In this document: positions 35,601 to 48,500 of the stretch, piece by piece
How the letters are laid out: every line of letters starts with the position of its first letter
Numbering within the stretch: position 1 is the first letter of the stretch
Made by a program: the position numbers and the translations under genes
Notes under the pieces: generated by a model
What the model saw: only the letters and a program-made list of their open reading frames with translations
What the model was told of the DNA's origin: nothing
Databases searched by the model: none
From: Harriotta raleighana
Lineage: Eukaryota
Length of the DNA stretch: 64,000 bases
Direction of reading: 5' to 3'
Assembly (NCBI GenBank): GCA_050575255.1
Contig: JBNZDD010013730.1
Location: 7,151,498 to 7,215,497 of the forward strand

Positions 35601-36509
35601 TGTCAAAACGCCATTCTTCGTGGCTGGGGGTGGGGAAGGATGGTGGGGGATGGATCTTTGGATCCTGATCTGTTTTATCAAATGTTTCCAACTTTATTTA
35701 AAAAAAAAGACATATCTATCTATATATGTGTCTCTTTTGTTTAAAACGGGGTGCACCGCAGCAAAAAAGAGTGGGGATGCTCTCCATGGAGTATAAATTG
35801 AGGATAAAGATCATATTAAAAGATAGCCAGTAAATGTAAGTATAAAGAATGAGCAATTTTTTCCTCGCAAAAGAACTGCACCTGTGCCTCAATGTGACAG
35901 TCTTTTGTACCCGACATGGGTCAGTTTGTATTTTAGTCGGGTCAGCCAAGTGTCCGACGCATGCAGATACCCATCATCAAGCTTAAGACTATCCAAATGA
36001 AACTGAGAATTCCAAGCATCCCACCTATACTTGTCAGCCTGTAGTCTATACCTTATTTTGTATATTTATTATTTTGTATACTCGCCTTTTCCATGCCTCC
36101 ATCAGTGGCAAAGCCTTCAGATTCTCCACTTCTAATCTCTGGCACTCCCTTAACCTCACCCCCCACTCTTATAAATTTTTATGTTGCCTTAAAACCTAGC
36201 ACTTCGAAGATGCCTGTGGTCAACTCCTCCTTTTCACCTCTACCCCGCTCGGGTTCCAACTCCGTCTTTTTAAGCATTCGAATATTATCTTACGTGAACA
36301 GAATATATAAATAAATTGTTTTATTATCAATAATGATAATCATTACGTTTGATGTAGAATCTCATCACATCTTTAAAACTTCTCAAAGGGCTTCATAGGA
36401 TTTTACTTTGAAGTATAGTGACTGTATTTATAGGCAAACACATGAACTGTAATTTTCATGGAGTGTGTTTTATTTGTTTTGCTTTCTGTTTTCCATGCAT
36501 TAGCTCTAT

Positions 36510-39500
36510 ATGGATTGTGACAATTCCATACTGCTGATTTCTGATGAAGTACATGTTGAAGGATTAAATCACTTACCATTTAACAAGGTAATTGCTGCGA
36601 ATGTGAGTGGAGGTTTGGCAGGCGCTGCTTCACAGAAACCCACACAGATGAAACAGTTTCTTAAAATTCACATTTCTGTGAACATTTCCATTATTAAAAA
36701 AATTTGCAGTAAAAAATCAAAACGTTGAATGAAAAGATAGCATTAAGGTGTGATCTCAGAAAATGTTGGTATGAATTCACTCCCATACATTTCATATAGT
36801 ATAACAACATACAGTATAAAATATATATAGACAACATACAGTATAAAAGCTCATTACCATGTATCAAAAGATTGCTTTTGCAAACCTTGTGAATTTGTCC
36901 ATTTCACACATCAGCTATTTAATATTTTTGTCTGTTACTTCTCCCACTAATTTAACAACAACTTGCATTTATATAGCGTCCTTCATGCGGAGCAGTGCCT
37001 CAGAGCACTAACAGTAGCAGATTTTGATATTGAGCTGTAGGAGGAAAGAGGACGTGACTGTAAGCACTGTTGAAGAGGAAGTTCATCGGTCATGAATCAT
37101 GATTTAAACGAGGGGAAGGAGGTGGAAAGACATTCATTTAAAAGTGGTTTCTACTCTTATTTTGGAATAGCAGAAAATAAAACTTATTTATTTTTGAGTT
37201 CATAAGAATAAAATGTTGGATGAAGTATGTTCATGGAGCTATTATGCAGCTCAATGGTTAGACCACTCACCTTGCAAGTGAGATACATGGGTTGAATTCC
37301 CAGCAGGTCAGGGTGAAATCTTGGGCAAGTTTCCTTACTCCACACACCTGATAATAATCCCTCAAAAAAACAATAGTAATAAATTGGTCACTTCAATTCA
37401 TGACTGTTTGCGGGACACTGCTATGCGCAATCCGCTGCTGTGTTTCGCCCACAAAATATACAGTTGATTTACTTTACAGTATATTCTGTAAAGGGCTTTG
37501 AGATGTCTAGAAGACATAAAATGGCTATATCAAATACAAGGATTATTATTATTATATGATTTCCTTTCACAACCAACCCAATCATGCCAAATCGCTAGGT
37601 GGCACTGTATTGTTAGTTTATTCACAATGCTGTCACAGGAATTCTTGTTCAGCAGTGTGTTTACATGAAAAAAAGTGGTGCTATTGGCAATGGAGGAAAA
37701 ACAATATATACCTGACTGTTTCTAAAGCACAGAAATTACACATACTGCTTGCATCAATATTTCAAATAATTTCACCGATAATTAGTGTAGTAATTCTATA
37801 AAAACTGTAATAACATAAGTTATTCTTATAAACAAACTGTACACATTAAAGCAGAAGGAATTGATTGGAAATAAATGTTCCCTTTCAGTAAGGAAAATGC
37901 TTCTAAACTTGAAGAATGCTATTTAAAATGCAGCTGTTTCTCGCATAGGAAGCCAAAGCACATGTGATGGCATCTTCTAGTACAAAGGTATGTTATATCC
38001 TTTTTTTTGTCATTCTATACAGACAATGAATTTTCCAGTAAAAAGGGTTTTTGTCATTTTAAATTAAAATAATTATACAGTACTGTACATAGATTGTCAT
38101 TCTGATAATATAGGTCAGTTCAGCGGCCGAACAGAAGATTCTTATTTTACACATCGTAAAGGTGTATTTATATTAAGCGGTTTGATATATCGATAAGATG
38201 TGGAAAATGCTATATAAATGTAAGGATTATTATTTATTGATTATTTGTTTTTTTGGTAATCCCTGGATATGAAATATATATTTTAAAATGACAGATTAAA
38301 AAAAATCAAAATGTTTAGAAAGTGTTCATTTTCCTAAAATCATATATATGTATATCCCTCAGCGCCTTGGGACGTCCTCCTGACGTGAAACGCGCTCTAT
38401 AAGTGTAATTTTGTTGTAGTTGTGTGAATATGAAATTCTCTAAATCTAAACTATCCGATGATTGAGACTGAAAGTTATGGAGAAAATGGGCTACTTCCTT
38501 CTGTGAAAGTATAATCTTAAACAGCTAGCAGAAATTATCTGGTTATTGCTATTGTCTGGTTTCGGGGGCTTAATTTTAAAATAAGCATTTTGCATTTTAT
38601 TCCTCAATTCATATTTTGCTCTCAAAATGATGTTTTAGTAAAGTCAAACTAAAGGCGTAAATTTGGACTGGATATTTTGCAAATTATTTTGCAAATATAT
38701 TTGTAAAACAATTCCAAATATAAAGGAAAGGAACGAAAGATCCACCATTAGTTTTAGCAGCTAATTCGTATTTCAATAATGTATTGTGTAATTCTAGGAT
38801 TTGTTAGATTTAATGACCGTGATGTGCAAGCAATTGATAATGTCAGTTTGTACAATACTCAACATATTGCTATTGCACCTTTTGATTCATTGCCCCTCAA
38901 ACATCTCCATGACAGACGTTTATGTTCCATATTGGTATACATGAAATGTACACACAAACTGTTGTTTGAGACAAGAGTTTCATGAGACGATGTATGCTGC
39001 CAATTTCAGCATACATTACAATTGAGTGAGGTTAGTAGGAAAGGTACTGCACAGTAATCAGCTGCAATTATTTGTCAGCTTTTCTGTCATGTGACAATGA
39101 TTCTCCAGGCAATAATTATTAAATTTCAAGCAAGAATACCATACTGACAAGCAGTGGCAGGTTTTTGTTGGCAGACATTTTAGCTTCTGGCACATTTTCT
39201 ATTTACTTCTGCTGGAAACAACCCCCAAATTACCATTTCTAAATATCTGTGGCATTGACTTCATGATTTGTTACAGAAAGAGGTGGCTGATTTATAACAG
39301 CAGTAAGTCTACAAAAAAATCGTTGACATTGTTCACTAATTTTGATTGGAATATAATAGGAAGCCCAGCTCCACAGAGGAAGAACTCCAGCATTTTCTGA
39401 AGGGAGAGGTGTCCACAACAATAAAAGTAAAATCACTGTGTGGGGCCAAGAACAGCTGGTTTTATGCCTATCATTGTTTATTAGTATTCAAAGAGATAAC

Positions 39501-42500
39501 ATTTGAGTGACAGGCCATATGTTCCACTTATTCCTTTATGAATAGCTGTTACCTGAGCGTTGGCATTAGCATCCTAATACAGTACAGTACTGACACAAGA
39601 GATAGGAGGTAGAATCTAAAATCTGTTGATAGTTACATTTTCACCACTGTCACAAACAAATGGTTATAATGTTACTCTCAGTTATTGTAAAACAAAAACG
39701 TATCCTAAAGCATTCATGAAAGGTTATATCAAGTAGAGGATTGTATGGTATTGTTTGAACTTCGCTATTGCTCAAATGAGCTTCAGTGATTTTTTTCTGA
39801 AGGCGTTTTTCTCAGCAAACCAGTCAATAGATTGAGTATATGGTTTCATTCCCTTTGCTAACTTGCTACAGTTGCTACACGTTTACTTGAAGATCCTGAA
39901 GCCATACTTTAATTGGACACATGAATGAATTAGACTATGGATGTATGTATGATTAGGATTAGGAAACCACCCTGAAGCTCAAAAAAATGACTTCAACAAT
40001 CATATTGTGGTATTAGTCTGGTTCAGTTGTTATCACTCTTATTTCCGAGTTAGAAGGTTGTGAGTTCAGCCCCACTTTACAAGTGTTAGCTACTCTTTGA
40101 TATTTTTATGCATTTTTTTCAAGAAATGAAAAGGTTTTATTCACTTGTATGACAATATGTGACTAATATGAGAATAAAAGTTGTATTTCAAGAGAAACAT
40201 AGGGGAGGTGAGAGAACTTCATGTGAAAAATCTACCACAGTATTGTTTCCCCTTATCCAGAATATCAATAGCATTATTTTCTTTTTAGGATTTCCTCCTG
40301 TATCCTTCAAAATCTTTTATACTTGCTCATGGGCAGACAGATGATAAGAGCAAAGACAAGAACCTGGAAAACATTGTTATGATCACATTGTTTGGACAAT
40401 CTCTAATTGATCTGGGATACCTGAAATATTGTACTGCTCTGAAGATTTGCATAATGCCTAAGTGTAATATTACTGATATTGATGCCCTTGCAAGTTGTCC
40501 AAATTTATTGAAATTGGATCTCCATGGAAACCATGTAAGTAATGCAAATTGTTCTCACTGTATATTATATATTATTGCACATTTGACACATGGCTGTGTT
40601 TTGAATCCTAAATATCGTAGGGGTCCAGGTACCATTAGCCTAACTGCAAGAACTATTGGAAGAGTCGTGTTGCGTATACTAAATAAAGAAATAAATGTGT
40701 GATGAATTCTACTCCTAGCCATGCCATATGAAGAGATACTAAGTATAGATTCATAGATTCATAGAAGTTTACGGCACAAAAGGAGGCCATTCAGCCCATC
40801 TAGTCTGTGCCGGCTCTTTGAAAAGAGCGATTCAATCCCACTGCCCTGCTCGCTCCCCATAGCCTAATAGACTAGTTGAAGGAAGAGACTTGCCAGGCAA
40901 GGCACCTTAGGCTGCTTTCAGGCATATGCGGACCTGGAAGAGGTCAACTTATCTGCTGTCTGTCCTGTTGGTAGAATAAAATTATTTTTAAAATGAAGAA
41001 GAAACAAATCAACCATGCATCAGAAATAATTCCCTGTATATCAATAAAATTAATGACAACTATTGTAATAATTTTTTTCACCCTAAAAATTTGACATTTA
41101 ATGTTTAAATTGTATTGGATTGCTAAATAACAGGTTACTGGGTTAATTAATTCTTCCTTCAACAAAGCATCTGAAAAATAGCAAGTCCAAAGGTTGGTTT
41201 ACATCTACTTGTCCTGTTAACTGCATTCATCAAATAAGTGATGGTTATCATTGATAATTAATGTATCACATCTTATAAATGTTACCCCATATTAAGTGTA
41301 AAATTAGTTTTTGTACATCATTAATCCATGTTATTGCATTTTAAAAGAATACAATAGTAAAATGTTTGTGTATATGTCTCAATTATATTGGATTTGTACT
41401 CAACCAAGTATTGTTTCTATTCCTAACATTTGTTGCATAAACATTAAACTAATGTTTGATCTAACGAAATGCAATCTGTCTTTTGCATGAATATATTTAT
41501 GAAAGAGGATCCTGAGGATTCTCAGATCAAAGGTCACCATGTGGCAGAATGCTTTCTAAGTTTTGCGATTTGCATCTTGATAGGGAAGAGGCATGCTGCA
41601 TAAGGGTTCCTATTTATTACAAAATCATAAATGGAGTTCTGAAGTTTACATTCATCATAAATCCTCTGCTGGTTTCAGCAGGGAAGACGGCAGCAAAAAT
41701 AGAAATCACAATTGTCTTTATTGTACCAAAGGCCAGTTTAATTGTGCATTAAATTTACGATGAATGTGGACATTCTTTATGGCAAGCAAACTAATCCCAA
41801 AACTCCATTATGATCTTGTGTACAGATAGGAATCCTAACCCAGCATGCCTCTTCCCTACCAAGATGCAAATTATGTAGCTCATCTTTTAGAATTAATTTA
41901 CCACAGAAATTGTTAAACTGTCCCAATAGAAATGGGTGACCGTATAAATTTTCGATTTCCATATTTCAAATACTTATCCATTATTTGGCATCCTGTTTGC
42001 AGCAAGTAAATTAACTTAAAGTATCTGATGGAGTACAAATATTGTTATGGACTGGTTGGCCGAATGGCTTGTTAGTTTACTGAACAATCTTTGTAAGTCT
42101 AATATAAATCTCAGTGCGAATCAGATGAGTTTAGAAAAACCAGGATGTATTGTATATAGGTCCAGATACCAACAAAATTACTTTGCTGGGCAAGAAAAAT
42201 CTGACTAATGTTTAAGGCTTTTTCAGATGTCACCATTCTAATCATGTGACTTCCTTTTTGAAACACCATCTATGATTTTGAAATAATAATTCAAACTTTT
42301 TAAAATTTATTTTTATCTTGTCAGATTAATCTTCTTCCAGATCAAGCATTTTGGGCCAATATGAAGTGTTTGCACCTGCTATATCTCCATGACAACATCA
42401 TAAACAGCCTGAAGAATATTCATTTCCTGTCTTGCTGCCAAAACCTTATTGCTTTAACCATGTCTGATACACCGTTGAGCTTAAAATGGAATTATCGGCA

Positions 42501-45500
42501 TTATGTGGTCAATAACATAATATCTCTCAAAGCCTTGGACAATTTTATCATCGCGGATGAAGAAATTATTGAGGATTGGCCAAGGAATAATACATTCCAA
42601 GCTTTGACACCTCGCTTCTTTGTTAATCTTTCTAGATCTAAAAAGGTTGGCTATTCATTCAGATAAGTGAAAGAAAGTGTTATTGGAAATGCATTTAAGT
42701 ATTAATATTTGATGCAGATTAGCACAACTTGCAAGGGTGAAAATTTTTCATTTGCTGTTAAGACCAGTGTCTAGTATTCATGATATATACTTCTACTGTA
42801 CTTGTTTTTTTGTACATTATAAGCACATCAAAAGTGCTTATCACCCTCCTTCCACCCCCATCCCCCCCTCCCCAACCCTGCCCTCCGCCCTCCCCAATCT
42901 CGACTCACAGCTCCTAAACATTGACAGTTCAGTGCCTGGGGACATCTCCTGATATGAAAGGCACTGTATAAATGTAATTTTGTTGTTGTTGCTACAGTAA
43001 TGTGTTATATATTATGAGTCTGCATTTGCCTTATCGTTAATGTCTCTTTAAGACCATCCTGGATTGCGGTATTTTAGGTTATTAGGTGATTTAGTTAAAT
43101 ATCTAGAAAAATAAAGTAGAAAAATGAAAAAGTCCACTTCATGGACATTAATTCTGTATGGAATTTCATTCCTGTAATGTTTCTTTAACAAATTCTGAAT
43201 GTTTATGTTCTTTATCAAAATATTTTAGTTTTATTTCATACCTTTTAAATCATACCTTGTGTATAAAATGTGTCACAGTGCTCAACATTTCATGAAGAAA
43301 TGAAAGAAATTAACAAACTGATTGCAACTATCAACTGCATTCTTGCTCATAATTCACCAGTGCTCATCATTCAACGATGGAATCGGGGATACTTAACAAG
43401 AAAAATGCTAGGGTATTTATCAACTATATATATTTTTGTTTCATGGGTTGCATGTATTACTTACATGAGATGCTATAAAATGAATGAATGTAGTTTTCAC
43501 TAGACTTTTCTAGTACTGTATATTGTCATGAACTAGCTTTTTGGAGTTTCATCCTAAACGTAGATACTTTCTGTTCTTCAAATGGATCATCAATAATCCT
43601 TGCATTTGATAAAGTCACGAGGATGTCTCATTAAATGATGAATTATTTAAACACAAAAATTCCTTGAATTTTATTATAGGTAAAGTTTTAAAATATCTTT
43701 ATTTCTTGTATAACTATTGGTCCCTCAAGCCTAAAGGGAAAGTCCTTCCTCTGGACTTCCCTTCTTCAAATATTTTAAATGTTATTTAATCTATTACTGT
43801 CTAAAAATGTGATATTCTCTTATTTGGTTACTAAAATACTTGTTTACTTATCTTTTTAATTTTTTTTACTTTACTGAAGAAAAGTTCCTTCAATTTCACC
43901 TGATCGACAAAGATTACAGTTTATTCGAAAGCTTAGACGGGTGTACACCCGAGGAAATCGTTCACCAGAAAATAGGAAAACAGGAATACAGCATTATATT
44001 GAGCAGTGCATAAAGGAATCATGCCTTGAATCTTGTCCATTGGTAAAGTATACCATTTTCTTGCGAATGCTGCTTATCATTTATTGTTCTGTTTCTATAC
44101 ATGCAATGAATACTACACCAATTTTCTTTTAACTTGCATCATAACATTTGATTTCTGTCCACTTTTGCTTGCATAATAGTATATTTCTAACATTACTAAC
44201 ATTAGACTTTACATAGATGAATTAATGCAATTATTGTATACTAGGCATTGGATGACCGCACTGATGAATTAAATCTAGTTGAACTTCAAATAGACCGAAA
44301 CAAGTTGCAGGAAGGGCTTTTAGAGGTGAGCTTGATTATTGACATTTTTACTATGGATGTTTTATATAAAATATTATTTTTTATATATAGATGTTGCGAC
44401 TATTGAGGGCATTTTATTGATAAACAAATCGCAAGTAACACATTTTATGCAACTTAAAAGTTATTCTATGGGTTTGCTCTTTCAATGATATTCCTCAATT
44501 TCTGTATGCCAATTAAAATGTCTGTTTTAAAACTAGTAATAAAAACAGATGCATAGTTATTTTTGTAAGCAGTTATGCGAGGCTGCCCTGAAAGCGCGGT
44601 GGGTAAATACTCTGCATATGCGGTGCTGACAGGAAAGATCTCGGAGGTTGTTCTTTGCTTAGCACCATTTTTAACTAGAAAAAGGATTAATATTAAATAT
44701 TGATATTACAAGAGCTAAAAAAAGGCAGGTTTTCTTGGTTAGTAGCGAGGGCCATTTACTAAGTGAAAGCGTGGAGATGCTGAGTGACTGTGGGATTGGT
44801 TTGAGTGGTAATGTCCTTCATGATTGAATAGATAACAAACAATCCCAGTTTGTGCTCACACATGAAGAGTGTTCTGTCGTACCATGAATGTTTTAAATTA
44901 TATAAAACAACGGTTGCCAGTTTTAGAAGAGAAAGTGTATGGTAGAAAAGTGGGAAGGGAATATTTGAAGATTGGTTTATTAATGCTAAAGTTATTCATA
45001 AAGGAAATCCATTCTAACCACACACCATCAAGTCTGTCCTGAAAGTCATTGCACATTTGAACATGGCCGTGGTCTATTTATTTGCTCAGTTTATACAAAT
45101 TAACAAACTAAAAGTTTTTTTTTAGCAACCCAGAAGTAAGTTTAATTTTTGTATGAAATTATGGTTTGTTTGCTAGGATTTAAGTGAAGCTAAGGATCTA
45201 ACATCTGGTACATATCCACACATTGCAAAATGGAAGAGGCGTTCCACCCTAAAACAATCATTTCAGGACTACAGAATTTTAAGGAATTGGAAAACTAACC
45301 GGCACACATTAAATCCTCCACAATCAGGTAAAGTGGGAAACCTGTAATTCTATCAGGACTTTCAATCGCTGTGCAATTTAGGAACAATAACGATTGTAGT
45401 GGCTAATCATAATTGCTCTGTGAACGCTGTCAATTCTGCTGGTGACTTCTTCACAGAAAGGTTTGTAGGTCATAACTGGTGTGTTGATGTGTATGCACAT

Positions 45501-48500
45501 TACTCACAAGTGCTTTTATCCTCTAATGAATGTATTTTTTGGCAGTGCGAAAAGCCCCCAAAGCATTGATCTAATATTGCGTGTGGGGGTACCAGAGGAG
45601 CTCCAAGTTAGAATGATCGGACTTGATATACTTGGAGCAAGTATATTACATTTCCATATATGGTCTTAAAGACCACATGTGGCAATGTAAGGTCAAATTA
45701 TTCACAGACGACATATTTACAATTAATTTTACTCTTGAAGGAAAACACAATTGGGACTGATTTTAGATGAGGAACCCATGAAGACAAAAGTCTTGTCTTT
45801 ACTTTTTACCATTCATCCTCGATGAGCTGGGCTTTTGGGGATTTTGCATGAGATGGCTACAGTTTCATTCAAGCGCTGCTGTACGTTATTACAATGTTAT
45901 GCGAGTCACTTTGTCAAACATTCTGTAAAGACATCGCCAATCCACGGTTTGTCCTCGAAGGACCCCATGTGGTTCGTCAACTTTCAGTGAATATGTAGAT
46001 ATTTTGATGCAGGGAAGGAAGCTCCTTTGTGTACGAGACTTTCCTGCTTTTTGCTGCTCTGCGTCGCGGAATTGAATGAAACCCATACTGTACTTACTAA
46101 ATATGTACAACGCACCATGTATTGCGATGTGATTTTTATTCTAACCCACCCTGCATTGGACCTTTCAATCTCTAATGTGGTGTGTTGATTCTCAGCGGAT
46201 TTTAGACAGCTCATTGATTATTGTACTTCAAATAAAATGTATTTGACCGGTAACCAAAGAGTAGGTGTTCAGTGTCTGGTCAGTGGATTTGGGGTTCCAG
46301 TGATAACAGCAAACTTGCACCTGTTCACGACGTCAATGTGTTGCTGCGTTGTCTTCTTACTTACTGACACAATAATTATTATTATTACTTACTGACACAA
46401 AGCACAGCCAGGCGGCCGTATCTATTCTCCGCGCTTTCGGGAAGTATCCCCTTTCGCGTTTTTGTANACGACGTCAATGTGTTGCTGCGTTGTCTTCTTA
46501 CTTACTGACACAATAATTATTATTATTACTTACTGACACAGAGCACAGCCAGGCGGCCGTAAAGTATCCCCTTTCGCGTTTTTGTAAACCTCCTGCATTT
46601 TTGCACCCAGGTGTGTCTGACCTTCTGAAGCTCATCGAGGAGGAAGTGAAGGAACAGGAGGAACTTGCCGCTCGGTATTCCGAGTTCCAGCCCACTTTGC
46701 ATCAGCCTGACCATGTGAGTGAGTGGTTCAAGTCGCGTCGCAAGATTGCCAGGAACATGCGCACGGATTCCGAGCAGATTCGTATGATGCTGCGTAACCG
46801 ACCGAAGCCAAAATGTACTTACCGACCACCGGTCACTCTCGACAGCAAACTGTTTGCGAAATCGTACGGTTGCATGAGTTTCGAACCCTTCGTGACTATT
46901 CAGAGAGCTTACAGCCTGAAGGAAAAAGAGGTGAAACGGTCCCTGAAGAAGGACTGGGTGCTGGAGTTTCGCACTATCAACGATGGGGTAAGGAGCCAGG
47001 TGAATCAGAGGCATTCGGAGAAAATTAACGGTATTTTGTTGAAGCGCAAGAAAGAGCAAGTGTCGACTGAGGATCGCTTAGGTCAACGTGAGACAGAAAA
47101 TGCAGAATCGGTGACGGCGCTTCATCGGGGGAATGCTGACTTTCTCAAACGGAAGAATCAACAAGCTTCAGAGTACAAGTTGGCCAACGATTTCAACACC
47201 TATTACTCTTCGATGTCAAAGGCATTCCAGAAGCACGAAAGATGGCTGAGATATGAAAATATCCTTCATGACAGGATAGACGTGGTGCAGAGCTTGAGGA
47301 ATAAAGCAGAACAACAAAGGGAAATTATGAAAAAAATGATCAAACACAAGTAAGCTCAAAGTTGTTTTGTTCGTGGTTCATCTGTAAAATAGGTTGAGAT
47401 TCACCTGCATGTCAGCTTGTTAGGTTCCACCAATGAGTTTTAAATAACCACTAATCCCCATATTTGAATGGTAACTGACATTCTCTCTCTTTCAGTTTCT
47501 CTATCCCACAGTCTCTCTCGGTCTCTGAGAATCTAACGTTGTATTTTGTTTATATTGTTTCCCAGCAACCAGTGCAGTAGCACTAATCGTGTGTGTGTGT
47601 GTGTCTCTCTCTCTCTCTCTCATTCCCTCTATTGGCGAGAGCTCCTGTGGCTCAGTGGTTTAGAGCAGTCGCCTTACAAGCATGAGACCTGTGTTCGAAT
47701 CCGGGCAGATCAGGGCGAAACCTTGGGGAAGTTTCCTTACTCCACAAGCCTAATAATAATCCGTCCCCAAAAACCCCCACAATAATAAAAATCGGTCATT
47801 TCAATCCATGACTGTTCGTGGGACGCTGCTGTGCGCAATTGGTTGCCGCGTTTCGCCCATCAATATACAGTCAATTCACTTTACAGTATATTCTGTGAAG
47901 CGCTTTGAGACTTCGATAAGAAGTGAAAAGCACTATATCAAATGCAAGGATTATTATTATTATATTGTGGAGTCCCCTGGCGCAGTGATTAGAGTACTCG
48001 CCTTGCAAGCCTGGGTTTGATTCCTGGCAGGACAAAAGTTTCCTCTGCTTACCTAGCAGTAGAGGGAACCCGAATATTAGTCGATTGGAGGAACGCTTTT
48101 CTGGGTTTAATGATTCCTTTAAAAACATTAATAATAAATTGTTCACTATATCAAATGCAAGGATTGTTATTATTTTTGTGTTGTTTATATTTTGCTTTTA
48201 AATACACTTATTTTAGTTCACATTATTGAGTTTATTTTTCATCCAAACATTGTGAAACATTTCAAAACATGTTTAAAACAATAGAGAATACTACAAAGAA
48301 AACTATTTCCCCCTGCCCCAACATTATCACAACATTATCAACCAAGCATGATTGGTGTCCAAGTTGATTTGAAATAAATCATTTAACTCTATTTGNATGG
48401 ATGTTTTATATAAAATATTATTTTTTATATATAGATGTTGCGACTATTGAGGGCATTTTATTGATAAACAAATCGCAAGTAACACATTTTATGCAACTTA

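Noticed and set aside
38650-39240. Possible MITE bounded by ggcgtaaatttgg / ccccaaattacc
   Set aside because: The terminal match is too short and degenerate to support by eye.
46526-47059. 177-aa antisense ORF (duplicate 50472-50990), and similar antisense ORFs inside LRRC53 and FPGT exons
   Set aside because: Shadow ORFs on the reverse strand of real exons, with no motifs or splice support.
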